A DNA stretch of 62,313 nucleotides, filler included, from Dugesia japonica (lineage: Eukaryota), in the NCBI GenBank assembly GCA_001938525.1. It is 6 parts of 6 records of this genome, joined end to end, with 100 filler letters (N's around TTAATTAATTAA, not from the genome) between each part and the next. Parts side by side here need not be neighbours in the genome. Positions count along the whole stretch, not along the records: positions 52,628 to 62,313 come from MQRL01639632.1; 5 more parts are not named here. One strand, given 5' to 3'. The notes below the pieces were generated by a model that had not been told where the DNA came from, made no database searches, and saw nothing but the letters and a program-made list of their open reading frames with translations. Position numbers and translations under genes: made by a program. The first letter of the stretch is position 1; each line of letters opens with the position of its first letter. Below, in pieces: positions 52,645 to 62,313 of this stretch.

Positions 52645-53049
52645 TTTTATCAACATTTATCCTTGATTTGTTATTAGTTCGAGATGTTCTATTTGTAAAC
52701 CCAGCTTTTATATTTTTTATAGTTTTAATTTTTGTGTGGATTATTTTTCTTTGTGTAACATTAACTATTCAACCGGAAAATCCAACTAAAATCTCATTTA
52801 AAGTACCCGGTGTTCCATGGTTGCCGGCGATAAGTATGTTAATAAATATATACTTAATGATGAAACTGCCAATTGATACTTGGTATCGGTTTTGCATTTG
52901 GATGGTAATAGGTAAAATAGTTTGTTTTCTTTATTTGTATTTTTACTTTATCATAATTAGGATTTTTAATATATTTCTTCTATGGAATATGTCACAGTGA
53001 AGAACGAAAGAAGAGGTCTAAGTTAGTTGATTTTGTTTATTTGAATTAA
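52645..53049 (+). CDS. Cationic amino acid transporter (SLC7 CAT family), last two exons
   Basis: Exons 52645-52911 and 52961-53049 with a 49-nt GT-AG intron; QPENPTKISFKVPGVPWLPAISMLINIYLMMKLPIDTWYRFCIWMVIG|FLIYFFYGICHSEE is the CAT C-terminal signature. Confidence 0.93.
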
Positions 53050-53785
53050 TCAAAAACGATTTCACTTTATAGTAGTAAAACCAAATTGTTATTTAATAAC
53101 AAATAAGTAAGAAGTAATATTTCCTTTCCGATATGGTCTTCTTGATTAAATTTGATTGTAATTTTATAAATATTTAAAGTAATAATAACTTATAATTCCG
53201 GTTTTGGTATTTCATTTATATTTTTAATTAATATTTGTTGGTGCTATTTTATTTATATATAATATTATTCAATTGGTTCAACGATTATCTAATAATTTAA
53301 GAAGAANNNNNNNNCAATAGAGAAGGAGAAGAGGGAAAACAAAGTAGAAGAAGATGAAAAGGAAGAAGAAAAAAAATTGCACAAAAAGATGGAATATTTA
53401 AAAGAAAAAAAATCTTTAGCAAAAAACAATTTAAAAGTAAAGGTATAATTAATCATCTAAAATATTACACATCAATAGAACATAATGTTATAAAAGAATG
53501 TTGTTGCAAAACAAATCATTGAAGAAATGACCCTATTATCCAATAAAAACGATTGTAAAAGTGAAACAAAGATTATAAAGCAATTTTACAAAACAATCAT
53601 TATAACTGAAAATTAGTAAACTCAATTGAAACAAATATATAAGGAAACACCAGAGACTAGAAATAAAGAAATCGACGATTAAATAAAGAAATTAGAAACT
53701 TATAATAAAAATTTAACAGTTGAATAATGGTAAATAAAATAAATAAATAAAATTGAGTGAAGCAAATAGAAAATAGGAATAGGAA

Positions 53786-53957
53786 AATCAAAATTTTTAT
53801 TTTTTTTAATTGATATTTGATTACAATTCGATATTTTGACTTTGTCTTCAGGAATTGACTTTTGATTGACATGGAATTATAAAAGTCAATTTCTGAAGAA
53901 GACAGTCGAAATATCGAATTGTAATCAAATATCAATAAAAAAACAAAAATTTTGATT
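53786..53957. repeat. Inverted duplication of a Penelope pLTR head; each arm contains a hammerhead
   Basis: Arms of ~77 bp (53786-53863 and 53881-53957). Confidence 0.85.
53887..53921 (+). ncRNA. Minimal type-I hammerhead ribozyme (family 1) with an intact catalytic core
   Basis: CAAUUU CUGAAGA A GAC A GUC GAAA UA UC|GAAUUG: 6-bp stem I, palindromic AUAU stem III, AUC cleavage triplet; loop II shortened to 1 nt. Confidence 0.75.
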
Positions 53958-54169
53958 GAAGCTTTTATTTTAAATAATTTAAATTTGTCTAATTATTTGA
54001 TTGATTTTACGAGGATCAGATTAATTTATTCATTGCAATTAATTCATTGTATTGATTATAATTCATGTAACTTAGTTATGAAAATAATTAACAGGTGTAA
54101 TCTATTAGGTTGGAACAAACGTTCTTTAAGTGAGTTTTTTAAGTGAAAGTAAAAAAAACAAAAAAAAAC

Positions 54170-54812
54170 CAATATACATAATATTTTGTCAAATATGCAT
54201 CATTTTGTTGGATTACTTATCGTCATCTGTAATGAAGCTTCATGAATTCATCCACCAATTTTATTTTCCTTTTGGTCATAAATTAATACAAGTCGTATTT
54301 GCAGGCCTGTGAGGTGTTGAAACTTTTCTCACTTAGAGAATTCTGCAGAGATCTAATTAAATGTACATTGGAAGGCGTTAAATCTGGTGCATATGGTAGG
54401 GGGCTTATTTATTTCCAACACAACTCAGCACTTTTCTATTGAGTCATCAAAGACACTCAAAGTCTGGCATTATCCTGGTGGAAAAGAATATCCTTTATAT
54501 TAGCAAATATAGATCACTCTACAACGATGATAGCTTTTAATGGATCCAATTATCAGCAGTATTTCAAGGAATTCTAAGTCTGGTCTTGTGAAAGAAGTTC
54601 ATAATATATTATCTTTATGATTTATTAAATTATGATTGGAAGGACTCCAATCTAATCAAATACGGAGTATTTCTTTCTTGGAATGTAAGCCAAATTTTGA
54701 AGTAGTATTTAGAGGCATATTTATTTTTTGTTAAGACCTATCACGTTTGGGATTAGTAAATACAATCCATTTTTCATCACCAGTAATTCTCCTTTTCAAA
54801 AACGGATTATTC
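54170..54812 (-). mobile_element. mariner transposase relic
   Basis: NPFLKRRITGDEKWI; FHQDNARL; PYAPDLTPS. Confidence 0.9.
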
Positions 54813-55024
54813 NNNNNNNNNNNNNNNNNNNNNNNNNNNNNNNNNNNNNNNNNNNNNNNNNNNNNNNNNNNNNNNNNNNNNNNNNNNNNNNNNNNNNNNN
54901 NNNNNNNNNNNNNNNNNNNNNNNNNNNNNNNNNNNNNNNNNNNNNNNNNNNNNNNNNNNNNNNNNNNNNNNNNNNNNNNNNNNNNNNNNNNNNNNNNNNN
55001 NNNNNNNNNNNNNNNNNNNNNNNN

Positions 55025-55663
55025 TCTTGTTTCTTCCATTTTTTTGATGATCATGTAATTTCAAAATTGAAAATTAATATCAACAATTTTAAATGATGTA
55101 AAACAAGCTCTTTGAGAAAATATATGTCAACTATTCATACCACAATATAATTTCATTTAGATGTTCAAACACAATATTGAAAAAACTAAACGAACTTATG
55201 TTTAAAACTAATAATTCTATTTCTGATTCATCATNNNNNNNNNNNNNNNNNNNNNNNNNNNNNNNNNNNNNNNNNNNNNNNNNNTGGAATCCAAATATAG
55301 TAACGGTTGATGTATTCAAGTCTTTTCAAATGACTTTCAACACTCATGTGAGATATTTAAATGAATCACTCTGTAATAAACAGAGTAAATATTCCTTTTC
55401 ATCTGCGAATCATTTTTTATTTTTTTGAAACATCAAGTGTCTGGAATGCATCTTGTTTCTTCCATTTTTTTGATGATCATGTAATTTCAAAATTGAAAAT
55501 TAATATCAACAATTTTAAATGATGCAGTAAAACAAGCTTTTTCAGAAAATATATGTCAACTATTCATACCACAATATAATTTCATTTAGATGTTCAAACA
55601 CAATATTGAAAAAACTCAACGAACTTATGTTTAAAACTAATAATTATATTTCTGATTCATCAT
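55025..55663. repeat. ~210-bp near-identical direct duplication (55025-55234 / 55451-55663) beside N gaps
   Basis: Direct sequence comparison; probably a gap-filling or haplotype artefact. Confidence 0.85.
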
Positions 55664-55849
55664 AATTTCACTGTAATTACTATGGTGGTTTTCTTTTCTT
55701 TTGGTGGTTCTATTTTTAGAATATAATTGAGATTATTTTTATTATTATATCGATTACAGATAAATTATGATTTCCCTTCAATTATGAGCTTTATCAATAG
55801 TATTATTCATCAGCACTACCTGGTATGTAGACTCTCCTGTCCAATTCAT

Positions 55850-56730
55850 ACCATACGAGAACCATTTAATAAATTAATAAATCTACTTGAAGATGTTTAA
55901 AGAATGGAAAACTGTGAGAGTCAGGTCCAGTGAGTATGGTGNNNNNNNNNNNNNNNNNNNNNNNNNNNNNNNNNNNNNNNNNNNNNNNNNNNNNNNNNNN
56001 NNNNNNNNNNNNNNNNNNNNNNNNNNNNNNNNNNNNNNNNNNNNNNNNNNNNNNNNNNNNNNNNNNNNNNNNNNNNNNNNNNNNNNNNNTTCTCCAATTC
56101 CTCGCAGTACGATGTTGCAGCGATTTTTTTTTAAAGTCGGGTGTATGAAAAGTAAATAACTTCTGCAGTTGAGTACCATACTGTAAGCATAGACTTGTTT
56201 AGATGGAGTTTCATTTTTAAGAACTATTTAGGAGACTCATCAACTTATAACCACGGTACAGAACGTTTGAGTTTATTATAAATAATACATTTTTCATCAC
56301 AAGTTATCAAGAAAGGATTAGTGGAATATCTTCTGAGAGAGATGTTGCTATCTCTATTCTCCTTTTCATGTGAATTTCCGTAAGATTATGTGGCACCTAT
56401 TTTTCTAGTTTCTTAACTTTGTTGATTAGCTTCAGATGTTCGAAGGTAATTGAATGCGAAACATGTATTTCTGCTACTATCTCGGACACACTTTGGGTAC
56501 TCTTGAAATATTTGTTTTAAAACATCATCAACAGCAGAAGGTTTCCCGGTTCTTGCTTTATCTTTAAGAAACTCATTTCCACTTCAAAATTTCTGAAACC
56601 AACTTTGCATGATACATTGAGCTGAAGTACAATTTCTCCATGCTTTGTTTACATTTTCAGTTGTTTCTGTTGTATTGTGACTTAGTTTTAATTAGCGAAG
56701 TATTATGGTACGAAAAAAAATTCTGTTCAT
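55850..56730 (-). mobile_element. mariner element, near-full decayed transposase
   Basis: MNRIFFRTII..SWFQKF..KDKARTGKP; VPHNL; NPFLDNL..DEK; PYSLDLT. Confidence 0.88.
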
Positions 56731-59204
56731 GGCAACTAGTTCGTCCATTAATAACTAAAAAGTAATATAATTTCCATGAAAAACCTTTGTAATATATAGA
56801 AAATATGGCTGCTTATTATATTAGCATAAAAAATCTATTGGAAATAAATATTCTTTATCAATATTCTTGAAATTTTGGACTGTTGAAAATTCCACAATTA
56901 CTTTTCTAATAATCTAATATAAACATGTGTAAATTAACATTTTTTAAAAAAAATTTCTTAAGCTTGACCCTTTTATACTTTAGTAAGGACTTTCATATTT
57001 GATCTTCAATGATAGATGAAACAAGTATAGGAAACGATTAAAAGCCAACACTTGGTCACCACCGAGCTTCAGAAATAAGTTAGGAAACTGGATCAAAACA
57101 CCCACAATACAGTGAAAGCGCTGCAGTCTCCTCACACTCGAAAACTCCTATAGCTCCATATAGTCATCAAACAATTAAATGAGATGCTAGGGAGACACTC
57201 AGGTTAACACTTGAACCTTGAAGTTATAAGAGGTGTGGGGTTCCCAACCATAGTTTAAAAGCTCTGATTTAAACAAATATACTTCTTTAAAAAAAATTTA
57301 AAATAACTAACAAAACTTTTTTTAAATTTCAATTTGTTGCTAGTTTTTTAAACTTTAACAACTTTCAGCATTTCTCATATTCACAATTTTCAGAAATTTT
57401 AAAAAGATTTCCCACATTCCTTTCAACCTGCTTTCCATTTTTGCTTAATAAAATATATCCTATGACATGAATTTAATTACTCTACAAATATATCTTCTCC
57501 ACTTCGAATTTCCTCATTGTTTCTTCTGCCGGCTTCTCTTTTATCTATTTCTTCGAAAACATACAATCTTTGTGCTAACAAATTTATCTGCAGAACATTG
57601 TTATTTTGATTGATTTTTGTGAATTCTAATTTTGAATTTTTTCTGCTTAATCTTTTCCGTAAAGTAGTATCTACCAATTCTCAAATTGTCTTTCTATTGA
57701 TGCGATATATTTTTGAAATTTGAAGTATTACCAAAGTGAGAAATCATGAGCTGGAACCAAACCAAAAAAATTATTTTGAAAATCAGGCCAAGAACACCGA
57801 ATACAAACTATTGTGCATTTACTAAGATTGATTAAAATACCCTTTGATGATTCCACTAAAATAGAAACCCAAAAATTAGTTTTTTAAAGTATTTTTCCAA
57901 CTGCCAGTAGATATTTCATTTTAATGCAATTATTATAATTTCGTATTGTAATTTAATTATTTATGACAAAGTCCTTATTGGAAAATTATGAAAATACGGC
58001 ACATGATAAAAAAAATTAATTAATCCTAGTTATCTTTAATTTTTAAAGTATATTTCAAGAAATCTTTAATAAATTCGTTAAACAAAATGTATTCAAAGTA
58101 TTAATATAACAATCCTATCGCAATACAATTACACATAATAAAACATTTTCATGAAACCTAAATTTTATTTTTCATCAGCCATCTTCATTTGATAATTAAT
58201 TTTCTTTGTTGATAACAAATTAATTTTTTCCTAAGTTTTGTTTTTTTCGTTTGCGCACACATGATTAGTTATTATGTTTACAAACACTGTTAATTTTAAT
58301 ATTTTATCTTGAAACAAATATTTTCCCGAAATACATTTATTTCATTAAACGATAAGGTCATTACAATTCATTAACACTGAAATTTATTTCATATTGATAT
58401 AAAAATAGTTTAAGTAAATTGTCTAGTCAACACAATTTTGCAACATAAGTAGAACGTTCAAACAAAAATATTTATGCATAAATTAACATTGAAAGTAAAA
58501 CTTATATGTTTAGGGATAAAAATAATAATTTTCAAAAAGCATTGTATTTATATCTTCAGTTATAATAACTAGAGCGGAAATTTTTATGTACATGGGTTTT
58601 TTTAATGTCACTTTAAATATAATTAACCGGAAACAGATCGGTAGTATTTACTAAAAATCTAGCATAGTAAATTGAAAGATATTTTACTGAAGGTTTTTAT
58701 TTTAAATATAAAGTATTCAAACAAAGGATGTTTATTAATTATTTATTAATACTTCTAAGTTATTACTTACGATAAAATAGCCTTTCTCCCACTAGCCGAA
58801 TTTAGAACAAAGTCAATGACAAAATATACTTAAAATGAAAACATTCACATTAATGGGGCTACAATCATTTTTTTCTAAACTTACAATTATAGTAATTATG
58901 AAACTCATTATTTACAAAATTCATAAAAAATCATTGCTTGATTTATTTACTTTTAGAACGAACTATACCGATGATGATATATTAGCAATGAAACCAACAG
59001 ACTGATGGAAATATTCTCAAGCTTATTTCAAAATCGACATTTTGTGGAAACATCAATTTGAAATAAAATTTTTGCATTAGACATATTTATTTAAACTAAT
59101 AAAACTTTCTCACTAAAGTCAACGTACAAAAACATTAATATACAGATTTCTTTGAAATCAACATTCATTCACAATGGAAAATGCAGTAAATGTTAACATA
59201 CAGT

Positions 59205-60033
59205 TTACTCATCATCTTCACAACCGTCTTCGGGTTCTTCATCTAAGTCTTCGTCATCCGCACCCTCATCATCATCGTCGTCTTCAACAGCTAGATAATA
59301 TTGGAGAGGATTTGGCCATAAGTCATCTTTAATGACTTCCCCTAATTCAACCATTGAATTAGCGATATCAGATGTAAACCATTGCATGAAACTTATCGGT
59401 GAACCAGATCCTCCTTTGCTGCCAGCCGCGGCTTTATTCAATGATTCATTTAATGACTTGACAAAGTTTTTTCCTTCTTTCCAATCTACTGGATCACAAG
59501 TAGTTTTGATTTCGGATTCACCAACATGAATTGACTTTGTTATTGTTGTATTGTTAAAGTATTCATTTGGAGAAAAAGTCTTCACATTAAACCAATAAAA
59601 TAAACTATTATAGAAAAAATTACCATTATTATTTTGAATCCTGATTTGATATCATCAAACTCTTCTACATCTAGACTTGTCAATGATTGTAACAGGTCTT
59701 CATCATGTTCCGTGATTAATGTCATCAGTTGGGGATGATTACTCAAAGCATTGATCCAAAAATTTGGTATAGTTTTGATTAAGTTAGCTCTTTGTTGAAA
59801 TAATGGTTGTCGTTTTTGATTAAACTTCTTTTCTACTTCCAAAATTTCTTCACTTGCTTGTTCATTTAATTTATCAATATCACTTTGTACTTCATCGATT
59901 TTCTCAATTAAAGAATTCAATACTTGATCTACAATTTATAAGTTTAATATAAAATAACAAATCATAACTAAATTTCACCTTGGTCAACTTTTCCATTGCT
60001 ATCTGTTTTCTGTATTTTAGGTGCAGACGCCAT
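59205..60033 (-). CDS. SET: SET / TAF-Ibeta (NAP-family histone chaperone, I2PP2A), complete, 244 aa
   Basis: Exons 59979-60033, 59624-59928, 59205-59579; introns of 50 and 44 nt. Motifs [53 protein letters not shown] and an acidic tail; the spliced frame is continuous. Confidence 0.97.
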
Positions 60034-62313
60034 GCTTTCTCTTTCTTTATGCGGTAATAAATAGTTATTAATTAAAACATTAAAACAAATGAATATTAAC
60101 AATGAGACAAAATTTAATTATCATGCATATTTAATTTATCAAAATATTAAAATTAATAAAATTTCTATTTAAAATTTATTATTTTGATTATTTATAAAAT
60201 TATGAAGTGGGTTTATAATGAATTTAGTATTTTGAAAATTAACTTCAAATTCCAATTTTTTGTTACCTAGTAGTAGTTTTTATTGTATTTAATTGTAAAT
60301 TATTTATTTGCAAAATTACTTGTTCATATAAAGTCTTTCATATTTCAAAATCTTATTTATTATTTATTTATATCATATAATAATTTGACCAATGTCATAA
60401 TGATTTTTGCATTAATGGTACATAGATTACTTACTGTGTTTTGAATAAAGAAAATAATGTCATGCAAAATAAACTAAAAATGGAATTGTTTCTTTATTAA
60501 TTTGATTGACTTAAAAAAATAATATTTTCGTATAAATTAACTGATAATCTAAATTTGTTTAATCTACTCTTATTTTATTATTATACACTTATTTTTCATT
60601 TAATATAATCATTTCAGTCATTTTTGATAAACTAAATTTCATAAAAAGCGTTCATTAATTATATTAGGAATTTAAAAGTCGAAATGTATTCATTATGTAA
60701 GGTATTATTATAACATAATGAATGTGTATATTTTGATAGAATGAATATAAGTGTTGAGTAGTGTGCGTTATAATTTTTATTGCGCTGATTGTTGTTGTGT
60801 GTTTACCAGGGTTTGAATAATAATAACATTACTCTTTACGTAATCGGTATTAAGACTTGAAACAAAAAATCAAAATTATATTAATTTATTCCAAAACACA
60901 ATTGTTTAGTCTAATTTTTTTATATAAAAACATGTTTGCATAATATAACTGAATACTTTTTTCAATTATTGGATAATTATAAGATACTGAATAAAATTTA
61001 TTAAAACCAAACTTTAGATAAACATTCATATTATCTGATCTTATTTAAGGAATTTGTCATAATATTTTAAAAAAAAACTGTACTTTTGTCGTGTAAAACA
61101 TTTAAATTGCCAAGGAAAAAATAACAAAATTAACTTTTCATGGTGAATTCAAATAAATTAAAGTTAGTACTTTTTTCTCAACACGAAATACCATAAGATG
61201 AGCAAATTTAAAATCAGATGGATCCTCAGTGGATTGCTCAAAAGCCAAGGAACTGCCAAAGGTTTGCCATGTACATGGTGTACACTTCACTTTACAAATT
61301 AAACACAACAATGAAGTGTTTATTAAATTTGTAAAATAGTTTAATCTATTCGTGACTATTTTATCTTGAAACTTCTCTTCTATAACTGGATATTCTCCCT
61401 GAAAACAAAGTTTCTTCTAACTCTTATAAAACCATTCTTTGATATAGTTCTATGCTGGTGGTAAACAATGGCAGTTGATCCGTCTCTGATTGTTCCGTGT
61501 GGTTATTAAGGGATCTTTTTTTATGAAACAATCTTATCATTAGTTGTTTGTAACTCCCAGGTTAATTGACGTATTTTTTCTTTCAGAGTCCATATCTGTT
61601 TTTTTGAAGAGAGAAATTGGCATAAGTTTTTCTTACTTTTAGTGAAGCTACGATATTTCTGTTCTATTAAAATTATAGAGTATCCATCAAAATTAAAAAT
61701 ACGTTGTGAACAAAAGTTGTTAACAACAAAGTTGAACAAGTTTCTTTGTAATTTCAAAAGGTTTCTAACACTTTAAGATCAGTTTTTGGGGATTATTTTA
61801 CCACTTCAAACAAAAATAAATGTGCGATCAATTAATTCCACTTCAAAAGCTCTAATTCTAACCTCTGAACTTTCAAAGCTATTACTTTGGTGTTTTAATT
61901 AAATTTAAAACCATATACAATAATCGATCTACAAAGTATAGAGATGTGCATGAGATCATTTAAGTGCATCAAAATGGGCTATATGTGGTTAAAATTATAA
62001 CAGCAATAAAATATGTCAGTACTATTTTACAAGGAAAACAAATTACAATTGATCTTGAAATAAATAATATTTCTAATTTAATCGTGAATCTAAAAGATAT
62101 TAGAAATAAATGGTAATCTCTTTTGAAATATCCAAAAATATATCTGAAAGCATGGAGATTTAACATATATTCTTAGGAAAAACTAAAACAGAAAGAAAGA
62201 TGAATAAAAATATGATTCATCAATTAACGATATATTTTAACTGTGAAGAACAACTTAAGTACCAAACTTTTTATAAATTTGTTGATATCATAAAAGGTAA
62301 TATGACAACAAGA

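Noticed and set aside
55025-55663. Biological tandem duplication
   Set aside because: The first copy is bounded by N gaps and the copies are nearly identical; more likely an assembly artefact

Overview
Very AT-rich eukaryotic genomic DNA. Introns of 43-50 nt and the transposon content suggest a planarian or other flatworm draft assembly (inference). Five identical 100-nt artificial spacers (N44-TTAATTAATTAA-N44) split the window into six pieces, so adjacency across them is not evidence of linkage. Host genes: a complete 3-exon SET/TAF-Ibeta histone chaperone (59205-60033, -), the 5' exons of the deubiquitinase MINDY3 (46353-46811, -), the last two exons of a cationic amino-acid transporter (52645-53049, +), the terminal exon of a guanylyl-type cyclase (16126-16209, -), the last exons of an unidentified single-pass membrane protein (40590-42329, -) and an unidentified terminal exon (1910-2430, +). 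Most of the remainder is decayed transposons: Ty3/gypsy elements (one complete, with ~90-bp LTRs, a 5-bp TSD and a deleted RT core), mariner relics, a MULE relic, a NeSL/Utopia-like RLE retrotransposon, MITEs and Penelope-like elements. The most interesting signal is that the commonest dispersed repeat is a Penelope pseudo-LTR carrying minimal type-I hammerhead ribozymes with a palindromic stem III. There are two sequence families, and copies are often folded back into long inverted hairpins. Every copy here is damaged, but an intact consensus can be rebuilt.
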